A DNA stretch of 36,902 bases from a virus (lineage: Duplodnaviria; Caudoviricetes). The translations under genes were made by a program, and so were the position numbers. Numbering within the stretch: the stretch's first letter is position 1; every line of letters starts with the position of its first letter. A model generated the notes under the pieces. The model did no database searches and was not told the DNA's origin. It worked only from the letters and a program-made list of their open reading frames with translations. The DNA is taken from positions 1 through 36,902 of the IMG/VR virus record IMGVR_UViG_3300032013_000004. One strand, written 5' to 3'. This document shows, piece by piece, positions 9,807 through 18,887 of this stretch.

Positions 9807-12800
9807 TGCCGGACATTAAAGAACTAGGGCGCAAAGTCAAAGCCAAATATCCGGGCAAGTATGACGACTTGGCCGATGATGACCTGGGGCGCAGAGTTAA
9901 ACTCAAATATCCCGGCGCTTATGATGACTTCACCGACGCGCCGACGCGGCAACCGGAGGGCGTGTTCAGCAGTTTTCAGACAGGCGTAGCCGGGCCGCTG
10001 CTGCGTAACGTTGTCGAAACCGCCGCAGACCTTTACAACGCGCCGGGTGAGACATTGGAGCGCGCTGGCAGGGCCGGGCTTGAGTTCGTCTCCGCGTTCG
10101 ACCCTGCGGGCGCTGCATACGAGCCGACGAAGCAGGGGCAGGCCGAGCGCGTGGCCGAACTGAACCGCAGAGCCGACGAACGGCTACCCGAACCTATCCA
10201 GTCAATGAAACAGGGCATGGCGATTGAAGAAGCCAAGCCAAGAACACGCGCCGGGCGTATAGCGGGCGTCGCTGGCTCGATACTTGGTGAAGTCGCTTTC
10301 CCGACAGCCCCCGAAACAGCGGTGGCAAACATCGTCACAGCCCCATTTGCCGGGGCAGCGGCGAAAGGCGCAGGACGGGCGTTCAAAGCGGGCGTCAACG
10401 CCGTCCGTCGCACGTTCGGCAAGGGAGCCGCGCAGATAATTGAAGCCGAAGCCCTGCCGGCCGCCAGAGCGGAGGTGCAGCAGTCGCTAGAAGGGGCAGT
10501 TCCGACTACAGAACGCGCCGCCGTTCGCGCGGAAACAGGCCCTGCCGCCGTCGAACCGCCTACCCCTATATCAACCCCTGGGCCAACCGCTAAAAGCGCG
10601 CCTAGCGTCCAGCAAACCATTAAGCAATATGAAGAGGCGGTGGATAGAATCAGCCGCTCAAGCCTTAGCCCCGAAGAGAAGGGCAAGGCGCTTGAGCAGG
10701 CCATAGAGTCAATTGCGCGCAGTCGCAGGCCTGGGGTGGACTTAGGCCCGAACGAGAGCATGGTGCAGTCGCGCTACCCCAGGCAGAAGGGCGCGCCGCA
10801 GATGGTGATGCCCGACAACCCAAATCCCATCCAGCAGCGCGGCAATTTACCCGGGGAGATTGAGCCGCAAGTCGCAACACAGGCGCCAGCGCCAGCAGCG
10901 GGCCGAGTCGTCACTGTTGGCGATAAGCAGTACACGCTGACGCCGGAACAGGAGGCGCGATGGATTGCTGAGGTAGACGAGCCGCTAGCTCGCTCCGCGC
11001 AGAGAGCAAGAGACTTTGAGAGGTTCGGCCACGGAAAGCAGGAAGCGGCCAAGATGCGCAAAGGGGACGCCATGAGAGTCGCCGCGACGAAACGCGAAAT
11101 CGTTGGCGCTCTTACCGACAAGGAGAGAGCGGCGATAGCCAGGCAGGAGGCGACGAACTACAAGGGCAAGTCTGTAACGGTTGACGTAGGGGGCCAACAA
11201 GTTCCCGCAACCGTTGAAGGCATGGCGTTCGGGCGCGTTCGCGTCAAACTGCAAGACGGGCAGCGGATTACGGTTGAGCCGTCACAAATCGGCGCATCAG
11301 TGCGCGGGCCAAGCTCGACGGCGGCAATGAACGCCGACTTCCCGCCACTTCTAACTGAAGCAGAGTTCGCGCCGCAATCGTTTGGCGTCAAACGAGCGCC
11401 GGATGCGCCCTACACTGAGAGCGTGGGGCCATCGGTAGGCGAAGCCCAGGCAATGAACGTCGGCGGGCCTGGGGCGTCAGTCACCGGGCCGTCGGCTAGC
11501 GCACCGATGGACTTAAATGCGGCAATATCGCAGGCGGCGGAATCGGTTCCCAAATCAGTGGCGCAGCGCACGCTGAGCGAGCTAGCCGCCATTTACCACT
11601 TACCCAGAACGCTGTTGAGCAGTTTGGACATCTCCGCCCCGTTCAGGCAGGGTTCGCTACTCACAATTCCACCCACACAGTGGGTAAGAGCGGGCCGCGC
11701 AGGCGTTCGAATGTTCCAGGCGTTCAGCACAAAGAAGTACAACCAGATAGTTGAGGCCATAGCCGCACACGTGGACGCGCCCATAGCCGACGAAGCCGGG
11801 CTATATCTCGCCACGAAAGCCGGACAGGGGCTTGGCAAGGCCGAAGAAGCGTTCATGTCCAAGTACGCCGGGCGCATCCCATTGGTGAAACAGTCGGAAC
11901 AGGCCTACAAAACCTATCTCGACTCCCTGAGAATGGACACTTTCAGCAAATACAAGCGGGTAATTGACTCTCAGGGACTAGCCCCAGAGCAGGCACAGAA
12001 CGCCTATAAAGCCGCTGCGACGTGGATAAACTACGCCACAGGGCGCGGTAGCCTGGGACAGACGATAGATAGAGCCATGCCCGCGCTCTCTACCGTCATT
12101 TTCTCCCCGCGCTACGTCGCATCCCGGCTCAACGTTCTCAATCCGGCTTACTACGCCAAGAATGCGGCGACACCGGCAGGCCGCGCGGTTCTCAAGCAGC
12201 AGATGGGAGAACTCGTCCAATACGCGGGAATGGTTGCGGGGACCATGACGCTAGCCAAAGCGGCTGGCGCCGACGTAGGACTCAACCCCAACAGCCCTGA
12301 CTTTCTCAAAATTCGCGCTGGCAATTGGCGATACGACACGCTGGCAGGACTTCAGCAGGTAATGCGGCTCATTTACCGAACCGGCGGCGACATCAAGAAC
12401 AAGATTCGCGGCGAGAAGACGCAGGGGCCGAATGCGCTTGAAATATCCGGCAACTTCCTGCGCTCCAAGCTGGCCCCGGCCCCCGGCGCGTTCGTGGACT
12501 TCATAAAAGGCAGAACCGTCACAGGTAAAGACTTCAAAGCAGGCGAAGCGGCTATCAAGTTAGTCGCTCCCATCCAGTGGCAGGACTTCGCAGAGGCATA
12601 TCAGAAGGAAGGGTGGGGAGGCGTGGTTAAGGCGTCCCCTGGAATGGTGGGCTTTGGCGTCCAGCAGTACGACTCCAAGCCTGTGAACGCTGCCATTGAG
12701 AAGTCGCAGCCCCTCTTTACCGAACTTCAGCGGCTCAACAAGCGCGTTTCAGACTTGCGGCAGAAAGACGGCGAGAAGGATGACGCATTTAACGCGCGCG

Positions 12801-13024
12801 TCCGGCAGTTCGGCCAGAATTACACCCTGTACGGCCTGCGCCTGCTCGATAGCCCCAGGTTTAAAGCAGCGCCGGACAATGTTAAAGCTATCGCGCTGGA
12901 CAGTCTGAACAATCGCGCCAAAGCAATCACCAGCCGCGAGTTCGCGCTCCCTGAAATCGAACTGGACGCCAATACGATTATGGACGCCGCCGAATCTTCC
13001 AAGAAAAACCCGGCTAATAAATAA
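9806..13024 (+). CDS. Large internal virion/ejection protein
   Basis: Start at the TAATG overlap (MPDIKELG), ~1072 aa. N-terminal tandem 'LGR.VK.KYPG.YDD' repeat, helical C-terminal half, last gene of the structural operon. Confidence 0.7.
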   Translation: MPDIKELGRKVKAKYPGKYDDLADDDLGRRVKLKYPGAYDDFTDAPTRQPEGVFSSFQTGVAGPLLRNVVETAADLYNAPGETLERAGRAGLEFVSAFDPAGAAYEPTKQGQAERVAELNRRADERLPEPIQSMKQGMAIEEAKPRTRAGRIAGVAGSILGEVAFPTAPETAVANIVTAPFAGAAAKGAGRAFKAGVNAVRRTFGKGAAQIIEAEALPAARAEVQQSLEGAVPTTERAAVRAETGPAAVEPPTPISTPGPTAKSAPSVQQTIKQYEEAVDRISRSSLSPEEKGKALEQAIESIARSRRPGVDLGPNESMVQSRYPRQKGAPQMVMPDNPNPIQQRGNLPGEIEPQVATQAPAPAAGRVVTVGDKQYTLTPEQEARWIAEVDEPLARSAQRARDFERFGHGKQEAAKMRKGDAMRVAATKREIVGALTDKERAAIARQEATNYKGKSVTVDVGGQQVPATVEGMAFGRVRVKLQDGQRITVEPSQIGASVRGPSSTAAMNADFPPLLTEAEFAPQSFGVKRAPDAPYTESVGPSVGEAQAMNVGGPGASVTGPSASAPMDLNAAISQAAESVPKSVAQRTLSELAAIYHLPRTLLSSLDISAPFRQGSLLTIPPTQWVRAGRAGVRMFQAFSTKKYNQIVEAIAAHVDAPIADEAGLYLATKAGQGLGKAEEAFMSKYAGRIPLVKQSEQAYKTYLDSLRMDTFSKYKRVIDSQGLAPEQAQNAYKAAATWINYATGRGSLGQTIDRAMPALSTVIFSPRYVASRLNVLNPAYYAKNAATPAGRAVLKQQMGELVQYAGMVAGTMTLAKAAGADVGLNPNSPDFLKIRAGNWRYDTLAGLQQVMRLIYRTGGDIKNKIRGEKTQGPNALEISGNFLRSKLAPAPGAFVDFIKGRTVTGKDFKAGEAAIKLVAPIQWQDFAEAYQKEGWGGVVKASPGMVGFGVQQYDSKPVNAAIEKSQPLFTELQRLNKRVSDLRQKDGEKDDAFNARVRQFGQNYTLYGLRLLDSPRFKAAPDNVKAIALDSLNNRAKAITSREFALPEIELDANTIMDAAESSKKNPANK

Positions 13025-13057
13025 CCGGGTTCAACCCCGGTTGAGAAGTTGCGCTTC

Positions 13058-13086
13058 TTGACTTCTCAACCGGGCAGTTCCACAAT
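13058..13086 (+). promoter_or_regulatory. sigma70-type promoter for moron, overlapped by a 14-bp inverted repeat
   Basis: TTGACT-17 bp-CACAAT. Inverted repeat CCCGGTTGAGAAGT...ACTTCTCAACCGGG at 13036-13074. Confidence 0.55.
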
Positions 13087-13121
13087 GCGCGCGAATTGCC
13101 CTATAACCAACGGAGGTATCC

Positions 13122-13670
13122 ATGAAACAGACTATTCTCTTCGCCGCGTTGCTTCTGGCCTTATCAGCCACCGCCATTGCCCAACAGAAAGAAGCCCCGG
13201 CTTGTACTGTCCGTATCCTGCTTCAGCAACAGAACTGGGATAACCCGGAACAAACCCGCGAGCGAATGACACCCGACCAGACCAAGTGGTGGCTCGAAGA
13301 CGGCCAAAAGAAGTTCAAAAACTTCTGCTTTGTCTCCGCTTCTCAGCCCTACGACTACCGCATTGTCTGGGCCGACTCAGAGACGCACCAGGCAGGCTTT
13401 ATCCCAACCACCACTACCACCGAGGGCACCGTCACCTCCGGAAATAAAACCGGCTCCTATTCCGAAACCTCCACCACTAATAATGGCCGGGAAGTTACCT
13501 ACGTCACAACCTATGTCCAGATTCGACTGCTCAAGGCCGACGCTCAGGTAGGCTGCGCACCCCTGTTTAACGAACTCCACAAAGGCAAGTGGATATGGTC
13601 CAAGCCCGATAGAGCCGCGCTTGAGAACGCATTAAAGGCGCTTTCTAAGTTGACAAAGTCTAGCCGGTAG
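13122..13670 (+). CDS. Secreted/periplasmic protein (moron)
   Basis: 182 aa, Sec signal peptide MKQTILFAALLLALSATAIA|Q, GGAGG RBS, Thr-rich insert. Confidence 0.8.
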   Translation: MKQTILFAALLLALSATAIAQQKEAPACTVRILLQQQNWDNPEQTRERMTPDQTKWWLEDGQKKFKNFCFVSASQPYDYRIVWADSETHQAGFIPTTTTTEGTVTSGNKTGSYSETSTTNNGREVTYVTTYVQIRLLKADAQVGCAPLFNELHKGKWIWSKPDRAALENALKALSKLTKSSR

Positions 13671-14202
13671 TCGTAAAGTAAGCGCACTCAGTCACTTAAG
13701 CCAACCCCTAGAATTTTTTCAGTGCGAGAATATGAAGCATGCCCCCTCCTACCGGCCCACCCCTGGGTTCATCGGTGGCCCTTCGGCTTGGTTAGTGGCA
13801 CAGCGTATCGCGTGTTGTACGTGGAACGTTGTGCAGTGTCTAGTACGTGGCACAGTGTCACCTAATGGCTACACGTTAGTAACGGTGGCGTGGTGCGCCA
13901 GTGATACTAATGGTGTCCAGTCGTAGTGGATGGGGTTAAGCTGCGTGGTGCAGGAAAAACACACCAAGTGTCGCATTTATACAACAGAGAGAAGGTGCGT
14001 GATGATATTTTGCCAGCTTTCAGCTTGCCCTGGGGTTCTGCTGTAACCGGAGCTAACTGGGCTATCTATTGAGGTATAGGGTTAAGACTACCGGTTGTTT
14101 TGTTTCAGCAAGTAGCCGGGTAGGGGAATGTCAGAGTGACATGTTGCTAATGGGACAGAGTTTAATATATGGGACTAAAGAAGTAAAGAGATATTTCGTT
14201 CA

Positions 14203-14451
14203 CTAATGAACATTCTCCTGCTCTGGTGGCGTGATAGGGCCGTACCATTCAGCGGTGCTTATCCATCCGCGATGAATGCCGACCTCGTCGCCTACCCAGT
14301 AGACGTACTCGCGCGATTCAGGGTATGAGTCATCAACGTTGACGAGTTCAGGGCCAGGAACGAGCGCCGACTGGGACGCGGGATAGTCAATGCGGTAGTT
14401 TCTAATCCAGTAGTAGCCTGGCTGTTTTGGATATTCAGATGTCCAGTTCAT
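14203..14451 (-). CDS. Hypothetical phage protein
   Basis: 82 aa, 'W....P..PG.YW ... W.GPI.PP' family. Extended -10 (TGaTATTAT) just upstream suggests a leaderless mRNA. Confidence 0.7.
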   Translation of the reverse strand: MNWTSEYPKQPGYYWIRNYRIDYPASQSALVPGPELVNVDDSYPESREYVYWVGDEVGIHRGWISTAEWYGPITPPEQENVH

Positions 14452-14514
14452 AGCGCGCCAATAATATCACAAAACTTAGCAGTTGAATTATTCTCAGCTC
14501 TAATGATATTTCTA

Positions 14515-14543
14515 TTGACAATATCCCACTAGCGGGTTATACT
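14515..14543 (+). promoter_or_regulatory. Strong early promoter
   Basis: TTGACA-17 bp-TATACT. Spacer contains the CTAGCGG box also seen at pL. Confidence 0.85.
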
Positions 14544-14589
14544 ACGCCTGTCAGTCGGAATTGAAACCTAAACAACAACGGAGGAAGAT

Positions 14590-14787
14590 ATGGCCAAGGA
14601 TAAATGCTCAGTCTGCGACACGAAAGTTGACACCGAGAATCTTCATCCTAATTCACTTGAAATCCCGAAAGATGGCGAATATTCAGTAATGCACATGGGC
14701 TGCGCGAACGGCGAAGACCGCCACAACGGCGCGAATCCTTCTGACGAGGAATTGGAAGACGACCGCGCCTGGGTCACGGTTCGATAG
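14590..14787 (+). CDS. Small zinc-binding protein
   Basis: 65 aa, CxxC...HxxC, GAGG RBS. Confidence 0.65.
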   Translation: MAKDKCSVCDTKVDTENLHPNSLEIPKDGEYSVMHMGCANGEDRHNGANPSDEELEDDRAWVTVR

Positions 14788-14827
14788 TTAGGATACTCAC
14801 CGGGGCGGCAACGCCCCACTTAAATAT

Positions 14828-15091
14828 ATGACACCTGAAGAGCGACAACAATCACTAGCCGCCGCGCGTCGGGCCTGCGAATACCTCAGGGAGAACCTGT
14901 TCCACATACAGGGACTGCCTGAGCCGCTTCTATGGCACTTTGAGCGATTAGCCGAAGAGTTCACTCGCCTGGATGCAGGGGAAGAGAAGCGCAACGAAGC
15001 TGGACGCGAATCTGGACACCTCGGCGCGCAGTATGGACACCTCGGCGGCAGGCCACGCAAAACAGCAACCAAGAAACGGGGGAAGAAATGA
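14828..15091 (+). CDS. Small protein with GxxGGRP(R)K basic motif
   Basis: 87 aa, C-terminal 'GHLGAQYGHLGGRPRK', ATGA-coupled to the next gene. Confidence 0.65.
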   Translation: MTPEERQQSLAAARRACEYLRENLFHIQGLPEPLLWHFERLAEEFTRLDAGEEKRNEAGRESGHLGAQYGHLGGRPRKTATKKRGKK

Positions 15092-15303
15092 AAACAACAT
15101 TAGGTAAAGACTTGCAACCTGGAGACCGCGTCATCCACGTAGACGGCCAAGCCATGCGGATTGTGCGGATTACGCGCGGCATGGCTCGCAATTCTCGGAT
15201 TGCGGAGTTTACCGAGACCGACGAACACGGAAGGCTGTGGGCCTCCATCTTCGACGGGATGCGGTACGAACTGCCAGAGGAAGAGAACGGAGGGACGAAA
15301 TGA
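15088..15303 (+). CDS. Small beta-barrel hypothetical protein
   Basis: 71 aa, 'DLQPGDRV' motif, coupled overlaps on both sides. Confidence 0.65.
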   Translation: MKTTLGKDLQPGDRVIHVDGQAMRIVRITRGMARNSRIAEFTETDEHGRLWASIFDGMRYELPEEENGGTK

Positions 15304-15611
15304 CAGCTAGAGAAAGAGCGGTAGAAGCCACATGGGACACTGGCGCGGGAGACTGGACAACGGTAGACCGCGAACACCTTGAAAAGAGAGTTGAGCAAGC
15401 CATCAGCGCCGCAGTTGAAGAAGTGGAAGACCGCGTAGCCAACGAACGGGACTCCTACTTGGAGAATATAAGGGCGTTTGAACAAGAGAACGAGAGGTTG
15501 CGCGGTCTCCTGCGGGAGTCACGCCATCTCTACGGGCGCAACGGTCGGGAGTCGGTTGAGATATTCGAGCAGTGGCGCAAGAGAGTGGAAACAGCCCTGC
15601 AACGAATCTAA
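15300..15611 (+). CDS. Hypothetical coiled-coil protein
   Basis: Start at the ATGA overlap (MTARERA) after GGAGG. Confidence 0.65.
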   Translation: MTARERAVEATWDTGAGDWTTVDREHLEKRVEQAISAAVEEVEDRVANERDSYLENIRAFEQENERLRGLLRESRHLYGRNGRESVEIFEQWRKRVETALQRI

Positions 15612-15630
15612 CGGAGGGAAGAAATGACGT

Positions 15631-15647
15631 GTGCAAAATCTGCGCAA
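15631..15647 (+). promoter_or_regulatory. Integrase arm-type site (left of att core)
   Basis: GTGCAAAATCTGCGCAA, near-identical to 15875-15891. Confidence 0.6.
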
Positions 15648-15775
15648 ATAGAAATCCAAAAACCTCAACAAACATCCACAAGCCGCACACTGGACATATC
15701 GCCTAACTAGCTCGATTAGGCTAGTTATTCCAGCACTTTCCACAATTCGCCACAAATAGCAATAAAGCGGATAAT

Positions 15776-15801
15776 GGGGGTTCGAATCCCTCACTCTCCG
15801 C
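15776..15801 (+). mobile_element. attP: attP core = 3' end of tRNA-Ser
   Basis: GGGGGTTCGAATCCCTCACTCTCCGC is a T-arm plus acceptor 3' strand with discriminator G. No 5' half of a tRNA is present. Lies just downstream of the integrase stop. Confidence 0.85.
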
Positions 15802-15828
15802 TTTTCTACACTTTCTTAAACATTGCAG

Positions 15829-16932
15829 TCATTGGCTATAAGTACCGTCGGCGTCCTCAGCCATTTCTTCAGGAGTGCAAAATTTGTGCAACTTGGTTTG
15901 AAGTTCAGTAAGTCGCCGGATAGCGTCATGCGTGGAGGCTTTGACGACGTGAGTGTACTTCAGCGTCGTTGAGATGTCCTCGTGGCCGGCAAGCTCCATG
16001 ATGGTTCGCACGTCCACGCCAGCCGCCGCCAGTCTGGTGCAGAACGTATGGCGCAGGGTATGGAGAGTGACGCCTGTGAGTCCAGCTATCCTGCAGGCGG
16101 AGGCTAGTGACTTTGTTACCCTGGTGAACTTGCCACCTGAGTGCGGGGAAGTGAAGATGTACTCGGACTTGGAGACGGTGACGAGACGCGCCAGAATTGC
16201 CCGGCATTCGCCCTGCGGGTCGAGAGGCACAACGCGTGACTTACCGCCTTTACCGTCCAGCACCAGGACGACGTTTAGCAGCAAATCTACTTCTGACTTC
16301 TTCAGACTGAAGAGTTCATCCAGCCGAAGCCCGGTAGCGCAGCCCACGCAGATGATGTCATCGAGATAGGGCCAGGATTCTGCAGCGGCGTCTCTCAGGC
16401 GCTTTTCCTCTTCAACGGTGAGATAGCGTATGCGCTGGTTGTCTTCACGCAAGGTTTCAATCTTCGGCCTGTCGTCTTGCTGAATCAGCTTCAGTTCCAC
16501 GGCGCGAGTGAATATGGAGGCCAGGACTTGGAGCGTGCGGTTCACGCTGGCGGCTGACTGCGTGGCCTTGCGGATGGTGACGCGCTTGAGTTCTGCGCGC
16601 TTCAGCTTCTCAATGGCTATCTGGGACACGTCGGCTATGTCCATCTTGCCGAACGCTTCTATTAACACATCACAGCGCCACTTGTATGACTGGTAGGAGC
16701 CGGGAGACAGGTTTGTTTCAGCCCAGGGGAGGAAGGTTTCTTCTACGAATGCGCGAAAGTTCGTGGAGGTGTCGGGTTCGTCGTCGCGGCCTTCGCGTAC
16801 TTTGGTTTTGCGGGCATCCTCGGCTGCGCGCGCATCTGTCTTAGTCCTCACGCCGGGCAGGGACTTGAAATAGCTCTTGCCCTTGTGCATGAAGCGGTAG
16901 CGCCACACACCATTAAGCAGTTTGACGGACAT
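15829..16932 (-). CDS. int: Tyrosine integrase
   Basis: 367 aa with TGLRLDEL, GKGGK.R, HTLRH, GH and KY catalytic motifs and an N-terminal arm-binding domain. Confidence 0.97.
   Translation of the reverse strand: MSVKLLNGVWRYRFMHKGKSYFKSLPGVRTKTDARAAEDARKTKVREGRDDEPDTSTNFRAFVEETFLPWAETNLSPGSYQSYKWRCDVLIEAFGKMDIADVSQIAIEKLKRAELKRVTIRKATQSAASVNRTLQVLASIFTRAVELKLIQQDDRPKIETLREDNQRIRYLTVEEEKRLRDAAAESWPYLDDIICVGCATGLRLDELFSLKKSEVDLLLNVVLVLDGKGGKSRVVPLDPQGECRAILARLVTVSKSEYIFTSPHSGGKFTRVTKSLASACRIAGLTGVTLHTLRHTFCTRLAAAGVDVRTIMELAGHEDISTTLKYTHVVKASTHDAIRRLTELQTKLHKFCTPEEMAEDADGTYSQ
15875..15891 (+). promoter_or_regulatory. Integrase arm-type site (right of att core, inside int 3' end)
   Basis: GTGCAAAATTTGTGCAA. 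Confidence 0.6.
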
Positions 16933-16971
16933 GGATTATCGGGCATCTTTCGTTAGGATTCGGGCAGGAGG

Positions 16972-17001
16972 ATTATGGCTGAGGACTTCGGTCGCGGTCA
17001 A
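16972..17001 (-). promoter_or_regulatory. int promoter
   Basis: Minus strand TTGACC-18 bp-CATAAT, followed by two TGCCCGA repeats before the int start. Confidence 0.55.
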
Positions 17002-17050
17002 TCTTTCACCCGCGCGCAGGCGGGAAGGGTGGTTAGGCGGCAAGTTGGAC

Positions 17051-17251
17051 TCAGCCTCGCTGTTCGTCCTCTTCACCCGCGAGCTTGATAACTTCACCTG
17101 CCCAATCGTCCACGACGCGAATGATTGTTTTGATTTCGATAAACTCGTCGCCGAAACCATCTTTGCCGGGGATAAAATATCCGACCGGTAAATTGTCGAG
17201 TCCTCTCTCGTGATATCTGTCCATGGCTTCTTTTACTTCTTTTACTGTCAT
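17051..17251 (-). CDS. Hypothetical protein
   Basis: 66 aa, 'MTVKE' start, AGGAAA RBS. Confidence 0.6.
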   Translation of the reverse strand: MTVKEVKEAMDRYHERGLDNLPVGYFIPGKDGFGDEFIEIKTIIRVVDDWAGEVIKLAGEEDEQRG

Positions 17252-17283
17252 CTCTTTTCCTTTCTCTCCCGGCAGGCGGGAGG

Positions 17284-17553
17284 CTAGGCGGTGGTGTTCG
17301 CCTTTTGCGCGACCGTTAAACCAATCGCGTCCATGCCAATCTCCGTGGCAAAGAAGTAAACATCCTCGCCCTCGTTGATAGTGTGGCCGCGCCGGACCAG
17401 TCCCAATTCAGCCATCGCCATCAGGTCGCGCTCATCCTTGCCGCCAACCTCGGCGCAGTAGTAATTTCGATAGCCCCAGTTGGACTTTTTGACATTGGAC
17501 TCCACGCCGAGCATGTGAGTCAGATAGCCTCGTTGTTCTAGTGTAATTTGCAT
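17284..17553 (-). CDS. Hypothetical protein (winged-helix-like)
   Basis: 89 aa, 'YRNYYCA...L..LGLV...YF.AT..G' family. Confidence 0.7.
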   Translation of the reverse strand: MQITLEQRGYLTHMLGVESNVKKSNWGYRNYYCAEVGGKDERDLMAMAELGLVRRGHTINEGEDVYFFATEIGMDAIGLTVAQKANTTA

Positions 17554-17592
17554 TCTTTTCCTTTCTTCTCGCCTATAAGCCGTGACATCGGG

Positions 17593-17799
17593 TTAATCCT
17601 TTTCTCTATAAGTCACGACCCTTTGCAGTTCAAGCGCGTCAAGTATTGCCTGCCCAGGCTCGCGGCGGCGATGGAGCACATCGCTGACATATTGAGCCGA
17701 AATGCCAGCCATAGCCGCAAAGTCCTTCTGTGACCCGCATTCCTTGATTCTGCGCCTGAGAAGGGCAATGAGTTCGTCATAGTTTAGCTGCTTTTTCAT
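17593..17799 (-). CDS. Cro/XRE-like HTH protein
   Basis: 'GSQKDFAAMAGISAQYVSDVLHRRREPG' HTH. Confidence 0.85.
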   Translation of the reverse strand: MKKQLNYDELIALLRRRIKECGSQKDFAAMAGISAQYVSDVLHRRREPGQAILDALELQRVVTYREKD

Positions 17800-17806
17800 A
17801 GGTCGG

Positions 17807-17835
17807 ATTATACAGAAGAGCGGCTGAAAAGTAAA
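17807..17835 (-). promoter_or_regulatory. Promoter giving leaderless mRNA of the HTH gene
   Basis: TTTACT-17 bp-TATAAT, 7 nt before the ATG at 17799, no SD. Confidence 0.7.
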
Positions 17836-17919
17836 ACAAATAAGCGTATCCGCTGCGTCCGATAATAGTTATTATGGTAGCCAGGGAAGTTGCTGGGTAC
17901 GGAACGCCAGTTGACGTGT

Positions 17920-18192
17920 TTAACCTTTAAGCTCTCCCGCCTTCGCAATCAACATTTCGCCAAGCGCAACAGCTTGCTCTGGATTCATTCCGAGAAACGC
18001 AACAGGCTTGCCAAAGTCAATCAATACCTTCTTGTTTTTCGGGTCAGCAGCGACGGCGAAAGCAATTTCACCCTCGTCGTGCTTGCCTAGCTTGCCTTCA
18101 GGATAGCGCCCGGTTGCGCCGAGCGGGGAACGCGGCTCGAACAATTGCTTGATGTCCGGCGCTAAACTCGGATCTGAATAGTAATGTGCCAT
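17920..18192 (-). CDS. Hypothetical protein
   Basis: 90 aa, AAGGAG RBS, 'GATG.YP.G.L..DEGE..FAV' family. Confidence 0.75.
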   Translation of the reverse strand: MAHYYSDPSLAPDIKQLFEPRSPLGATGRYPEGKLGKHDEGEIAFAVAADPKNKKVLIDFGKPVAFLGMNPEQAVALGEMLIAKAGELKG

Positions 18193-18207
18193 AAATCTCC
18201 TTATCTG

Positions 18208-18630
18208 TTACAGGGCGCGCTCGTCGTCGCCCAGTGGTTCATGCTCTGCGGACATGCGTTTAATCACATCCACGATGTATGCGTCGTCTTCAGCTTGCGC
18301 TCGCTCAAGACAGACTTCTGCCGATTCTGGGATGACCTTAAAAACTGTTTCCCAGTCTTTAGAGATCCATTCCAAGCGTCTTTTCCGAGTGTTGTTGGTA
18401 GCGTCGAGGATGACGGCATGATGGCCAGCGATGAACAACGCCTTCACCATCGCTTTTGCTATTGCCCACACAAACGGCTCTGCTTCAGCAATGAAACGCT
18501 GGCCGTGAAGCGCTAAGCGAATGGCGTCGGGGCTGACAATTGGATGTCCCGCCTTCCTTGCCCATGTGCTTTTGCCGCTACGTGGTAGTCCTACCATTAC
18601 AATCAAAGTATCTTTGCGCCTTTCGCTCAT
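18208..18630 (-). CDS. P-loop kinase (AAA_33/polynucleotide-kinase-like)
   Basis: GLPRSGKST Walker A, 'S.D.IR', 'VILDATN'. Confidence 0.85.
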   Translation of the reverse strand: MSERRKDTLIVMVGLPRSGKSTWARKAGHPIVSPDAIRLALHGQRFIAEAEPFVWAIAKAMVKALFIAGHHAVILDATNNTRKRRLEWISKDWETVFKVIPESAEVCLERAQAEDDAYIVDVIKRMSAEHEPLGDDERAL

Positions 18631-18887
18631 TCCTCAACCTCCCCCTCATCCTCGAAGAATCGTTTAACCGCCTCTGGCCTGAACCTCAGAGCGCCAGTGC
18701 CACGCGGCTGTGAAAATGGGATGCCGCCTTCCTTCCCCTGCTTGCGTAGCTGCTTGGCGATTCGCACCCAGTTGTAAACCGTCCAGGGTACAACGCCGCG
18801 ATACTCGGCCACGTCGCGCACCGTCCACCAGCGCGGCGGCGACTGGACGACTACAGGCATATTCATTACCGTCAGTGTCTCCTGCAT
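18627..18887 (-). CDS. Excisionase-like HTH_17 DNA-binding protein
   Basis: 'WTVRDVAEYRGVVPWTVYNWV...G.IP...G.LRF' pattern. Confidence 0.75.
   Translation of the reverse strand: MQETLTVMNMPVVVQSPPRWWTVRDVAEYRGVVPWTVYNWVRIAKQLRKQGKEGGIPFSQPRGTGALRFRPEAVKRFFEDEGEVEE

Noticed and set aside
10033-10761. 242-aa antisense ORF (and similar long shadow ORFs such as 25631..26269 and 29354..29878)
   Set aside because: These are antisense shadows of well-supported GC-rich genes, with no RBS or domain features.
13732-13926. 64-aa ORF across the skew switch
   Set aside because: No RBS, atypical composition, and it lies in the repeat-rich putative terminus region.
15720-15805. Full tRNA gene
   Set aside because: Only the T-arm and acceptor 3' strand are present. 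No D-arm or anticodon arm upstream.
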